In this document: in pieces, positions 46,231 through 55,978 of the stretch | How the letters are laid out: each line of letters starts with the position of its first letter | Position numbering within the stretch: the stretch's first letter is position 1 | Source: an uncultured Isosphaeraceae bacterium | GTDB lineage: Bacteria > Planctomycetota > Phycisphaerae > Phycisphaerales > SM1A02 | Assembly (NCBI GenBank): GCA_964489535.1 | Contig: CAZAZD010000005.1 | Span: 895-64,894, forward strand | Direction of reading: 5' to 3' | DNA length: 64,000 bases | Translations under genes and position numbers: made by a program | The notes under the pieces: model-generated | What the model was told of the DNA's origin: nothing | The model's input: only the letters and a program-made list of their open reading frames with translations | The model's database searches: none

Positions 46231-47622
46231 CTATTCAAGACCAAACAAGGAAGTTTGTTGTTTTGAATCCACACTCTGCACTGTTTGCCCGTCCCAATAG
46301 GGTTTAATGTTGATTTTTCTATTCCCATGCCATCCTACAAAGGTGCCAAGGGGCCAATCGCTCAAGTAGTTGATTGTGAATATAGGCCCTTCGGACGGAA
46401 ACACATGCTCAATATTCCAATACACATTCTCTCTCGCAGCGTGCAAACCCCTTGGTTTGGAACCACCACTTCGCAACGGTTGCAATGGTGTGTCGCCATG
46501 AACAATAACCATATCTTCATGTAGATTTCGAAATGAACATGCTCGGTGTGAATCCATTGCAAGCTCGTTTCCTCGCCCACTATGAAATACGTTGTAATGA
46601 CTACTCCAAGAAATAGTTGTGCCATGCCTGTGTGGCGCATAAATTTCAAAGTCCTTCACTAAACAGTGGCTACACCAACTCAATGAAATTGGGTGATGCA
46701 TATATCTTCCTTTAATTAAGATGTTTCGCAACGTCGTAAAACCACAATTGCCGAGTAGTACTCCACTATCAGCATGCTTTGTTGTAATATTTTTAAAGAG
46801 ACACTCAACCAGTGCTGACCCTGCAATTGCATTATGACCACGTTCTTTTAAGTGCCCTGGATATATCGACTCCACAAATTCAAACGTCATATTTTCGACA
46901 ATGCAGTGTTGGAGAAAAGGAACCTTCATGATGGTGGGGTTCCAATCCAATTCGATTGGCGCTGGTAGTGGTGGTTCAATAGATAATGTATTTTCTCCAA
47001 CGTCGACTATTTTAAACCACGATCGGATTCGTGGCGCAGTAGACTCTTGCATTTCTATTCCATACTTTGACAGCGGAACTTCATCCCCATATAACCACTT
47101 CAACAACGTGTCTTTACCCGTGTCGTTGTACCACCAAATTTGAATCCACTCTCCAGGAACTGGGCGTTCTCCCTTCCAATGAATATGCAATTCCGTTGCC
47201 CCATCTTTTACCGGCTGATCGACCTCGCCAAGTTTAGCCGCTTTACCTCGTGGGTTCAGCACTAAGAACCCGCTACTCCAACTCCATTTTTTGTTTTCAC
47301 CATAAATATCTGCGAGTGGCTTAGGGCAATAAAGAGCTGTTTCATTTCCAAGTAAACGAACATTACTTGTGTGCACAGCAATCCGTTCTTTCAAAACAAA
47401 TGTGCCGCGAGGAAAAACAACCGTACCCCCAGTCTTAGAAAGTGATTCTATTGCTGCATTAATTGCCTTGGAGTCATCTAGCTCGTCGTTTGGCATTGCA
47501 CCAAAATCTGCAATGTCTACTTGATTCATTGGGATTTTGGAAGCAATATCTAATGAGCACCCTGCTCTAGAAAAATCAGGAATGGGCATTAATAAAATGC
47601 AAGTAATAAACAAAAATGACAT
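46231..47622 (-). CDS. Right-handed parallel beta-helix protein (Pectate_lyase_3 / GH28-like fold)
   Basis: DFGAMPNDELDDSKAINAAIESLSKTGGTVVFPRGTF is the typical N-terminal motif of this fold family. Confidence 0.65.
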   Translation of the reverse strand: MSFLFITCILLMPIPDFSRAGCSLDIASKIPMNQVDIADFGAMPNDELDDSKAINAAIESLSKTGGTVVFPRGTFVLKERIAVHTSNVRLLGNETALYCPKPLADIYGENKKWSWSSGFLVLNPRGKAAKLGEVDQPVKDGATELHIHWKGERPVPGEWIQIWWYNDTGKDTLLKWLYGDEVPLSKYGIEMQESTAPRIRSWFKIVDVGENTLSIEPPLPAPIELDWNPTIMKVPFLQHCIVENMTFEFVESIYPGHLKERGHNAIAGSALVECLFKNITTKHADSGVLLGNCGFTTLRNILIKGRYMHHPISLSWCSHCLVKDFEIYAPHRHGTTISWSSHYNVFHSGRGNELAMDSHRACSFRNLHEDMVIVHGDTPLQPLRSGGSKPRGLHAARENVYWNIEHVFPSEGPIFTINYLSDWPLGTFVGWHGNRKINIKPYWDGQTVQSVDSKQQTSLFGLE

Positions 47623-47657
47623 AACTATCGCGCCATACTAATCTGTACCATGTTTAC

Positions 47658-48671
47658 ATGATTACATGCACCCTTGCAATTTCTTTTCTTTTTTCTAATC
47701 CTCAAGCATGCACACCGCTCTTTAACGGTGAAAATCTTGATGGCTGGACCATCGTCAATGGCGACAAAACAACTTGGGTTGCAAAGGACAACATGCTTGT
47801 CACAACCGGCAAGCCCACTGGAGTAATCCGAACAAACAAGATGTACGAGAACTTTGTTTTGGAACTCGACTGGCGCCACATGGTCGAAAATGGAAACGCT
47901 GGCTTGTTTGTTTGGTCCGACCCTATTCCAGCCATTGGTGTGCCTTTTACGCGCGCCATTGAAGTACAAATAATGGATGGAAAAGAGCTCGAATGGTACA
48001 CAACCCACGGTGACATCTTTTCGATTTGGGGTGCCACGATGACGCCCGATCGACCACATCCACTTGGCGATCATGTCCAACGATGTCTCCCGAGTGAACG
48101 TCGTTCTAAACCGTCGCCAGAGTGGAATCATTACAAAGTAACGTGCAACGGCGGAACTATAAAACTTGAGGTCAATGGCAGAGAAGTGTCGGGCGGTTTC
48201 GATGTGTCGCCTCGCAAAGGGTATATATGTTTCGAGGCCGAAGGCACAAAAACAGAATTTAAAAATATAGTCATAGAAGAATTGCCCTCAGCAAGTCCAC
48301 CCCTTACAAAGGATCTTGTCGCTCGGGAAGATTCTGGTTTCACAACCTTATTCACCGGCATCAATCTTCTCGGATGGGATTTGACAGGAAGCAATGGTTG
48401 GGCAGCGAAAGAGAACGTACTTCATTGTGATACTAAGAGCAAAACCCTCAAGACTATCCGCACTTTCGATGCGTACGAATTCCAGTTCGACTATAGGTGC
48501 AACGGTGTTGGCTCTAGCGTGTATGTTGTCATAGATGATAAGCAAACAGCGTTACCCTGCGGCGAGGAAGATGCGTGGACCCGCTTCCTCATACAGGGTG
48601 ATGGGGGAACTATTGGTATAGGCGGTGACAACGCTCGTTTTACAAATCTATTTATCCGACCACTAAAATAA
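47658..48671 (+). CDS. Tandem DUF1080 (3-keto-disaccharide hydrolase-like) domain protein
   Basis: Two repeats of the LFNGxNLDGW ... NSGxxxR ... EFKNIxI pattern (FNGENLDGWTIV... and FTGINLLGWDL...). Confidence 0.8.
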   Translation: MITCTLAISFLFSNPQACTPLFNGENLDGWTIVNGDKTTWVAKDNMLVTTGKPTGVIRTNKMYENFVLELDWRHMVENGNAGLFVWSDPIPAIGVPFTRAIEVQIMDGKELEWYTTHGDIFSIWGATMTPDRPHPLGDHVQRCLPSERRSKPSPEWNHYKVTCNGGTIKLEVNGREVSGGFDVSPRKGYICFEAEGTKTEFKNIVIEELPSASPPLTKDLVAREDSGFTTLFTGINLLGWDLTGSNGWAAKENVLHCDTKSKTLKTIRTFDAYEFQFDYRCNGVGSSVYVVIDDKQTALPCGEEDAWTRFLIQGDGGTIGIGGDNARFTNLFIRPLK

Positions 48672-48686
48672 AATGGAAACAATAAT

Positions 48687-48813
48687 GGGGACGGTCCCCC
48701 TGAGGCTGTCCCCCTATAAATGAACAAAAATGCCATTTATGCTTCGTTATGAGTCCTTTTGCCCTGATTTCATGGGGACTGTCCCCTTGGGGCGTCCCCT
48801 TGGGGCTGTCCCC
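48687..48813. repeat. Cluster of five GGGGAC-N-GTCCCC-type palindromes/half-sites
   Basis: GGGGACGGTCCCCC 48687-48700, GGCTGTCCCCC 48704-48714, GGGGACTGTCCCC 48774-48786, GGGGCGTCCCC 48789-48799 and GGGGCTGTCCCC 48802-48813. Confidence 0.9.
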
Positions 48814-48874
48814 ATGTGAATGCCCCTATTATTTTTTTGAAAAGAGCGGGTGGCTACATGCTTATCAGAGAAGC

Positions 48875-49660
48875 ATGCCACCAATCCCCACTACCACGAC
48901 TACAAATGATATTTATGCACTCAGAGATGAAATTGCTTCTTTGCGTGGGCAATTGCAAGCAGAACGCAATGCTAAAAATGAAGCTGAAACCGCCCTGCTT
49001 ATGGTCGATTTAGCACAAGAAAATGGCGATCCCCCACCATCAAGAATGGCGATGATTGCAGGACTCGCAAAACTTGCCGAGTCAAGGGATGGTCATACCG
49101 GCGCGCATCTCTCGCGCATTCGCCATTACACAACCATCATTGCAAATGCATACGCAGAAGCAAACCCAAAACAACTTCCCCTTGGTGAAGTTTCCATTAT
49201 CGGCGCTGCCTCTATCTTGCACGACATTGGAAAAGTCGGTATTTCAGACGACGTATTGTTACATACTGGCAAGTTCTCAGATGAACAATTTGAAGCCATG
49301 AAACACCATGCCGTCGCTGGTGCCGAAATCCTCCTCGCACTTTCCGAAGAACTCGGCAGCGATCCATGGATTGATACTTCCATCCAAATCGCCATAGCGC
49401 ATCATGAAAAGTGGGACGGAAGTGGATACCCGTTTGGATTAAAGTACGAGAACATCAATCTCCCAGCAAGAATCGTTGCAGTTGCAGATGTTTATGATGC
49501 GCTCACTTCCAAACGAGCATACAAAGACGCCATAATGCATAGTGAAGCCAAAACAATTATAAAGAGAGGCAAAGGGACACATTTTGACCCCGTAGTTGTG
49601 CAAGCATTTTTAGAAAATACAGATGAGATTGAAACTGTAAAGAACCGTTTTGGCAATTAA
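48875..49660 (+). CDS. HD-GYP domain c-di-GMP phosphodiesterase with N-terminal coiled coil
   Basis: HDIGKVGISDDVL...HHEKWDGSGYPFG...AVADVYDAL. I favour the ATG at 48875, because the upstream part of the ORF is the palindrome cluster. Confidence 0.85.
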   Translation: MPPIPTTTTTNDIYALRDEIASLRGQLQAERNAKNEAETALLMVDLAQENGDPPPSRMAMIAGLAKLAESRDGHTGAHLSRIRHYTTIIANAYAEANPKQLPLGEVSIIGAASILHDIGKVGISDDVLLHTGKFSDEQFEAMKHHAVAGAEILLALSEELGSDPWIDTSIQIAIAHHEKWDGSGYPFGLKYENINLPARIVAVADVYDALTSKRAYKDAIMHSEAKTIIKRGKGTHFDPVVVQAFLENTDEIETVKNRFGN

Positions 49661-49805
49661 CGCTAGTTCTTTGAATCCGCGTAGCACAACAAACACCAAC
49701 CGAGAAGGAACGCAAGCCATAAACCGTTCGTGATGAGTACTGTAAGCATGCGAGGAATTATACACAAACTTTTGCCTTTCGCTCTTTTTTGTGTATGATA
49801 ATTAG

Positions 49806-50861
49806 GTGGCAGAACGCATAACAATGAGGAATATCGAAGGAGGGTGGGGATGGATTATCCCACTTCTGCTTCTCGTTTCACTCGTATCGAATATTCTAGG
49901 GCTTGTCCTGCCTTTTTTAGAAATCAAAGAAGCATTCCATGACAAGGTGATTTACAGTTTGCCGCATTCAGTCCACCTCATGTGGCAACACGACCTGTAT
50001 TTCATTGCTGCACTCATCCTTGGTTTTTCGATCATCTTCCCATTTGTAAAACTTTTTTCGCTGTTTGCTATCTGGTTTTTGCCGTGGAAAGCAAATCACA
50101 GAGAACGATACCTCCATGCCATAGAGCTCCTCGGCAAATGGTCCTATATGGATATCTTTGTAGTCATCTTATTGCTTTCAATCACAAGTAACCAATCGAG
50201 CATTGCTTCCACTATACACGCTGGTGTCTATTTCTTTATTGGAGCAATCACTCTGAGCATGATCACATCAGGAATCATTATGACGCTTGCGAGAAAACAA
50301 TGCGACGCTGAAATCATTCCTAAACAGTACTCAGCAAAAAGAATATGGATGTTGTTTGACAGCATCTATCTCGGATGGATTGTACCCGTACTCGTATTCG
50401 CTTCCGCAATTGCACTCATTGAATCTTTGCACTCAACATTCCTTAGAGTTAGCCAACTCTTTCTTGTTTCTCGTTCATATTCCATCAATGAAATAGGCAT
50501 TGTACTTCAAGAACAAAAACACTTCGTACTCCTCATTATTCTTGTTTGCACTATTTTTATCATTCCGATGCTTCGGCTCGTGATATTACTTGGAGCATGG
50601 ATAACTCCCATGCGGAAAAAACATCGTATCAAAGCGAAACAACTTATCGATGTGCTTTCAAGATGGTGTATGCTCGATGTATTCGGCCTTGCGCTCTTTC
50701 TCATTACAACCGAAGGCAAGGAATTAGTTAAGACGGACATCCAGCCGGGCCTTTACGTGGTTGTCGCCGCTATCGGCTTGAGTTACATGCTCGGTGTCAT
50801 CGCCATCATGTTAAACAAGGCGATGATTGCAAAAGCAAACAAACTTACTGAAGCGTCTTAA
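49806..50861 (+). CDS. PqiA-family integral membrane protein (two PqiA repeats)
   Basis: Duplicated pattern LPFLEI...LLGKWSYMDIFVV and LVSRSY...VLSRWCMLDVFGL. An alternative ATG lies at 49824. Confidence 0.65.
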   Translation: MAERITMRNIEGGWGWIIPLLLLVSLVSNILGLVLPFLEIKEAFHDKVIYSLPHSVHLMWQHDLYFIAALILGFSIIFPFVKLFSLFAIWFLPWKANHRERYLHAIELLGKWSYMDIFVVILLLSITSNQSSIASTIHAGVYFFIGAITLSMITSGIIMTLARKQCDAEIIPKQYSAKRIWMLFDSIYLGWIVPVLVFASAIALIESLHSTFLRVSQLFLVSRSYSINEIGIVLQEQKHFVLLIILVCTIFIIPMLRLVILLGAWITPMRKKHRIKAKQLIDVLSRWCMLDVFGLALFLITTEGKELVKTDIQPGLYVVVAAIGLSYMLGVIAIMLNKAMIAKANKLTEAS

Positions 50862-53814
50862 GGTACGCAACAACATCGCGAATTTCGCGCTTGGTTAACA
50901 ACACACCCATCGGGGGCATCGCCGAATACGCTCCAAAACCTTCAGCCACTTGTTCATTGGGAGAGAGAAGAGCATTGAGCAACTGCGTTTCGTCTAATCG
51001 TTCCGCAATTCCATCAAGTGCTGGTCCAGCTATACCACCCTTCCCACCAATCGTATGGCAGCGTAAACATTCACTGTGTGAATGTTCGAAAACGATTTTT
51101 TTACCCAACGCTGGGTTGCCTCCGCGGAGTAACCAAGCGTCTTCTATTGGATGTGACCATGCTTCTGCAAAGTCCAACTTCAATTCATTTCGCAACGTCG
51201 CCTTTTTTATTTTTGAAGATGCAAGCGGGTAATTCCCCAGTGACTTGATTGCTTCCTGTGCTTCAAATATTTCTCCATTTTCTATTGCGTCAAACAATTT
51301 TTCTTCTGCAAATAAATCGTTTTGGCGAAGCAAAACATCTCTCGCTACGGCGCGTAGTTGCCAATGTTCATTTTGCAGTGCATACTCGACAATTTCCCTG
51401 TTTGCATTCATTTGCAGTGCGTACGCGCGAATAGTAATTGGCATTGTTTCATCAAGCACAAAGGCAGTGCACATTTCTTTTGGGATTTGCTTTTTGCTTG
51501 AAGACGCAAAGCGAAGGGCTTCCATCAACAACGCACCCTGTGCGTTTGCAAGCAATTGCGCAAATGCTTCTTCAATACCCTCTATACACACAAAAGTCAT
51601 GTGTTGCGGAGGAATGATTCGCCCTTCAACGATGTCGCGGTTACCCTGAAATGGCGGACTCCAATTTCGCAGCGCTTGCACAGCAAGGATGCGCATAGAT
51701 TCTGGTTTACTTGCATCCGCTGCAAACTCAGCTACGCGAACGCTTTCCACGCAACCGTGTTCCATTTTGTTTGCGCTGATTGCACGCTTCTGCCATGGAA
51801 TTGTTCTTGCCACTGCAATTGAGTGAGCAAGTTTGCCCATCGGTCCTTCGGTTTCTCCAAACCCGCGCCCTTTAATTCGCTTGTCATGAATAGCACGCGC
51901 TGCTCCGGTTGCAACCTGATCGTCTGGATCCGTTAAATAATCCGCGACAAAGGGTGACTCCATTCTTCGAAGTACAAGCACCGCAGCAAGCCGGACCGCT
52001 TGGCTAGGGTGTGTTTGCAGATTTGCCATCGATGCAGCGTATTGCGTTTTTTCCAGCGCAACTACGCCAGCGTGCCTAAGGTACACGTCTTCATTATTGT
52101 TTCTCGCAAGCATAGCAACGATAGCATCCTTTGCATTACCTAGATAGCCAGTTGCCATGGTTGCAAAGTACGAAACGCGGGGGTTTGAATCGTCGATTAA
52201 CGAAACAATTTTTGCAAACGCTTTCGTGTAATGCGCTTCTCCCAAAATTTGGCACGCCTGTGCGCGTATTTCTGGATCTTCATCATCGAGCAACGGATAG
52301 ATGTGTTCCATTTGTGGAAGCAATGCATTTCGCTGCATCATTGCAAGTGCCCACATTGCGTGGATTCTTGCCAATTGGTTGTTTGATTGCAACGCCCCAA
52401 CAAGTTCGTTACCACTATTTCGTTTTGCTAGTGCATACTGCGCACGAATGCGGACGCGCCTATCAACGTGTGGCAACATTGCAATCAATGCTTCTGTTGT
52501 TTGACTTTCAAACCCCTTGCGAAATATATCCGACACATCGCCTTCTGTTACATTCTCTTCGTCCCAAACAGAATACAACCGACCCTCTTCGTTGCCCGTC
52601 CAGCCCTCGCCCCAATCGCTAATGACCATTTTTCCGTCATAACTAAAATCGACATCCGTACACAAAACTTTTTCAGCAAATGGATGCAAGTCTACCATCT
52701 TAAAATGTGCACCTTCTGGTTCAACGGCAAAACTTAACACATTGGAATATTCTGCACCACCACGAAAATCGCACATGAAAAAATGGTCGTCGTACCGCAC
52801 TGGAAAACCAGCTCCCGGATACGCAACAAGCCCAGAAGGACCTGAACCAATGATATCAATAGCAGGAAGAATCCATGCAGGCCTATCCTCTGCGTGTGGG
52901 TCCCAACCATTTTCGGTCACCCAAGGCCCCCGTTCGTTTACGCCTTCAAGCGTTTGGTATTCCATCCGCCAACCGGTTTCACCACCTTCAACACAGTAAA
53001 CCAACCTTGCCTTGTCTGTTGCGTCTGAGTTGTTGTCGCCAGTAAATAAGTTTCCATACTTGTCAAAGGCAAGTTCTTGTGGATTCCGCAAGCCGTGATG
53101 AAACACTTCAAGATTATGCCCATCAAGTTCACTTCGAAAAACTGCACCTTCACCGGGACTGTGCAGTTCTGTTCCATTTTCAAGATCAATGTGGTAACCG
53201 CGATCGCCAATCGACCAATACAAACGACCATCTAAACCAAGCGCAAGCCCATGCATGTCGTGACCACGCAACGCAGTCCGAACACCAAACCCAAAAAACA
53301 GCGAACGCATATTTCCATTACTTGAAATTTTCCAAAGGTGAGGAATGCACGTGTAGTAGACGGTATCACCAAGGGCGAGCACTCCCGCACCCGTCCCATC
53401 AAGCGGTTCATTAAATCCATCTGCAAAAGTGGTCGCCGTTTCAAACACCCCATCGCCATCGATATCTTGCAACTTGCGTATGCGATCTTCAAACTCTGAG
53501 TAATACTCCATTCCGTTTTTGCGTTGGTCTGCAAAATGTTTGTACATGTTCAAACGGCTTTCAACTGATTGCAAACATAAATCCCAGTTGAGCCAAAAAG
53601 AACTTGAACGGTTATCTTCAACCCCTTGCTCTTGCCGAAATGATTCGGCAACAAGAATGTTCCCATCATCATCGAAACAAAACGCGACTGGATCCATAAT
53701 CTGTGGCTCGGTTGCGATTAACTGTTTTGTAAACCCTTCTGGAACTTGTAGCGATTCAAACGCAGAGTCGGGAGAACTAACAAGCAGAAATGCCGCAACA
53801 AAACTTAAGACCAT
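50845..53814 (-). CDS. PVC-type membrane-bound-dehydrogenase-domain / HEAT-repeat / CxxCH heme-binding protein
   Basis: N-terminal propeller-like domain, central HEAT-like repeats and a C-terminal CLRCHTIGGKGG cytochrome c motif. The architecture matches the Pirellula/Verrucomicrobium-type families as I recall them (TIGR02604 plus TIGR02603). Confidence 0.75.
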   Translation of the reverse strand: MVLSFVAAFLLVSSPDSAFESLQVPEGFTKQLIATEPQIMDPVAFCFDDDGNILVAESFRQEQGVEDNRSSSFWLNWDLCLQSVESRLNMYKHFADQRKNGMEYYSEFEDRIRKLQDIDGDGVFETATTFADGFNEPLDGTGAGVLALGDTVYYTCIPHLWKISSNGNMRSLFFGFGVRTALRGHDMHGLALGLDGRLYWSIGDRGYHIDLENGTELHSPGEGAVFRSELDGHNLEVFHHGLRNPQELAFDKYGNLFTGDNNSDATDKARLVYCVEGGETGWRMEYQTLEGVNERGPWVTENGWDPHAEDRPAWILPAIDIIGSGPSGLVAYPGAGFPVRYDDHFFMCDFRGGAEYSNVLSFAVEPEGAHFKMVDLHPFAEKVLCTDVDFSYDGKMVISDWGEGWTGNEEGRLYSVWDEENVTEGDVSDIFRKGFESQTTEALIAMLPHVDRRVRIRAQYALAKRNSGNELVGALQSNNQLARIHAMWALAMMQRNALLPQMEHIYPLLDDEDPEIRAQACQILGEAHYTKAFAKIVSLIDDSNPRVSYFATMATGYLGNAKDAIVAMLARNNNEDVYLRHAGVVALEKTQYAASMANLQTHPSQAVRLAAVLVLRRMESPFVADYLTDPDDQVATGAARAIHDKRIKGRGFGETEGPMGKLAHSIAVARTIPWQKRAISANKMEHGCVESVRVAEFAADASKPESMRILAVQALRNWSPPFQGNRDIVEGRIIPPQHMTFVCIEGIEEAFAQLLANAQGALLMEALRFASSSKKQIPKEMCTAFVLDETMPITIRAYALQMNANREIVEYALQNEHWQLRAVARDVLLRQNDLFAEEKLFDAIENGEIFEAQEAIKSLGNYPLASSKIKKATLRNELKLDFAEAWSHPIEDAWLLRGGNPALGKKIVFEHSHSECLRCHTIGGKGGIAGPALDGIAERLDETQLLNALLSPNEQVAEGFGAYSAMPPMGVLLTKREIRDVVAYLKTLQ

Positions 53815-54953
53815 GATAAACCTTCGGGAAGGAAATTAAAGTTTTCGCAACCACCTTTAGTGACAAGCACCATATCTTCCACGCGAATTCCGCCAAGGGC
53901 GTGGCTATAGAGACCGGGCTCAATCGTGACGACATCCCCAGAAAGGAGTACTTCTCCGTTTCTGTCTAAAAGCGGTGGTTCGTGCACATCAAGACCAATG
54001 CCGTGGCCAGTGCCGTGAGGCATGGAACAAAACGTATCGGGGTCGGTTTCTTTCGGGAGACCCTCTTCGTATCCATGCTCTTTGAGTACCCGAATAGTTT
54101 CAAGGTGCACTATTTCACCTGTTGCGCCCGCTTTTGTTGCTTGTGTTGCCGCTTGTTTTGCAGCAACAACAGCTGCGTGCATGTTTTGTATTTCTCCTGG
54201 GATTTCACCATGCACAACGGTGCGCGTGCAGTCGCCGTTGTACATCGTACTTTTATCAAGCGGAAAAATATCGATGATGACTGGCTGCCCCGTTCGAAGT
54301 GGACCGCTGCCGAGCTCGTGGCAATCACCACCATCGCTTCCGCCTGCAACAATGCAGGGCGGATTAAAAAAGTTCCGTTCAAGTAAGAACATGTCAATCA
54401 AAGTGCGAAGGCGTTCGCTTGTGAGAATTTCATTAGCGACATATAACTCGCCAGCACTTCCAATGGTTGCATTTGCAACTGTTTCACAAGCCATGCGCAT
54501 GACTTCTTCCGTCACTTGTTGCGCTTGTTTCAAGTGTGCGATTTCTTCTTCGTCTTTTATTCTGCGGTTGGTGACACCCATCTCATTGTCAAGTTCAACG
54601 GCAATTCCAGAAGCTTGTATTTCATCAACGTAGATTAGGGGTAATGTCCTGTCTCCGATAACATTTGTGATTCCATTTCTGCGCAAGCATTCCGCGGTTG
54701 CTTGTGCTGCTGCGGTCTCCCTATCTCCCGAAAGCCCACTTCCCGGGGTAAAGTCGGAGTAACCATAGACTCGGTCTGCGCGGGCGTCTTTCTTCGCGCG
54801 ATCCATTTCAATTTCTCGCAGGATGAGCGATCGCGTTCCATCAGGTAAATCAATTGCAATCATCGCATCGTGCACCATAAATCGTACCATTCTGTACAAC
54901 GATTTATTCGTCGATGAGTTGCCTGCCATAACTCGTGCTGTTTTTGTTTGCAT
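53805..54953 (-). CDS. M24-family Xaa-Pro peptidase
   Basis: Pita-bread fold metal ligands: IIDIFP...DCTRT, HGTGHGIGLDVHEPP, VTIEPGLY and RVEDMV. Confidence 0.85.
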   Translation of the reverse strand: MQTKTARVMAGNSSTNKSLYRMVRFMVHDAMIAIDLPDGTRSLILREIEMDRAKKDARADRVYGYSDFTPGSGLSGDRETAAAQATAECLRRNGITNVIGDRTLPLIYVDEIQASGIAVELDNEMGVTNRRIKDEEEIAHLKQAQQVTEEVMRMACETVANATIGSAGELYVANEILTSERLRTLIDMFLLERNFFNPPCIVAGGSDGGDCHELGSGPLRTGQPVIIDIFPLDKSTMYNGDCTRTVVHGEIPGEIQNMHAAVVAAKQAATQATKAGATGEIVHLETIRVLKEHGYEEGLPKETDPDTFCSMPHGTGHGIGLDVHEPPLLDRNGEVLLSGDVVTIEPGLYSHALGGIRVEDMVLVTKGGCENFNFLPEGLSWS

Positions 54954-55124
54954 GAATGTAGTTTATCGAATGCTCGCAAGGTGGACACTCATTAATACGT
55001 CTAGCAATAATGTAATTCGCGTCCCCTTTGGCAATATATAGATTTATATGCATACATGTCTAGTGATCCGTAACAACTGAAGCAACTGTTGCATCTATCT
55101 ATATGTTAATGGGGACAGTCCCTT

Positions 55125-55184
55125 CACCGTGCATTAGACTTTCTTTCATCCTGTCACCGTGCATTAGACTTTCTTTCATCCTGT
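55125..55184. repeat. Perfect 30-bp tandem direct repeat (2 copies)
   Basis: caccgtgcattagactttctttcatcctgt at 55125-55154 and 55155-55184. Confidence 0.95.
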
Positions 55185-55238
55185 TGCAAATTACGTTCTT
55201 ATTAATTTTATGTCTCCAGTTTGGGGACAGTCCCGTAA

Positions 55239-55540
55239 TGGAGCCGATCGGGCTCGCAGTCAAATTGCCGCAAGGCAATCCGGACCCGAGCAAGTTGCTG
55301 CCGAAGGCAGCAGAGTGACGGCGCAGCCGGCACGCGGATCCACGCAGCAAAGAAGAAAGCAAGACGGAGTCTTGCTTTTTCGGAGCGAGTGGAGCCGATC
55401 GGGCTCGCAGTCAAATTGCCGCAAGGCAATCCGGACCCGAGCAAGTTGCTGCCGAAGGCAGCAGAGTGACGGCGCAGCCGGCACGCGGATCCACGCAGCA
55501 AAGAAGAAAGCAAGACGGAGTCTTGCTTTTTCGGAGCGAG

Positions 55541-55558
<18 letters not shown>
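55239..55558. repeat. Perfect 151-bp tandem repeat (2 full units plus an 18-bp partial third unit that is the 3-prime end of tRNA-Ala)
   Basis: Units at 55239-55389 and 55390-55540 read as identical. Each begins with tggagccgatcgggctcg, the same 18 nt as 55541-55558 inside the tRNA. Confidence 0.95.
55500..55531 (-). terminator. Bidirectional terminator-like hairpin just downstream of tRNA-Ala (duplicated at 55349-55380)
   Basis: GCAAGAC-gga-GTCTTGC is flanked by an A-rich run on one side and TTTTT on the other. Confidence 0.5.
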
Positions 55559-55613
<55 letters not shown>

Positions 55614-55637
55614 AAAGTAATCCACCGAACATACTAT

Positions 55638-55955
55638 TTACATTGCCGCGTCAATTGCGCCAGAAAGGTCATCTTTGGGAGAAATACCAACGAACTTATT
55701 TACAACTTCGCCATTCTTAAAGATGATAATGCTTGGAATTGATTGGATACCGTATTGCACTGCAGCGTCGCGATTATTGTCAATGTCAATCTTGCCAATT
55801 TTTGCTTTGCCTTCGTATTCGCCTGCGAGTTCATCGATAACGGGACCGAGCATCTTGCACGGACCGCACCATTCTGCCCAAAAGTCAACAAGGACTGGTT
55901 GGTCTGCGTTTAAAACTTCGTCTTGAAAATTAGCGTCTGTAAATTCTAATGCCAC
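55638..55955 (-). CDS. trxA: Thioredoxin
   Basis: 105 aa with a WCGPC active site. Confidence 0.95.
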   Translation of the reverse strand: MALEFTDANFQDEVLNADQPVLVDFWAEWCGPCKMLGPVIDELAGEYEGKAKIGKIDIDNNRDAAVQYGIQSIPSIIIFKNGEVVNKFVGISPKDDLSGAIDAAM

Positions 55956-55978
55956 GGTTCTATCTCCTACGGTTCAGG

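Noticed and set aside
47625-48131. 168-aa minus-strand ORF opposite the DUF1080 gene
   Set aside because: It is antisense to a gene with two clear DUF1080 repeats and has no motif of its own.
48749-48874. N-terminal extension of the second HD-GYP ORF (MSPFALISWGLSPWGVPLGLSPCECP...)
   Set aside because: This part is the translation of the GGGGACNGTCCCC palindrome cluster (Gly/Pro/Trp/Leu-rich). The ATG at 48875 gives a sensible coiled-coil N-terminus.
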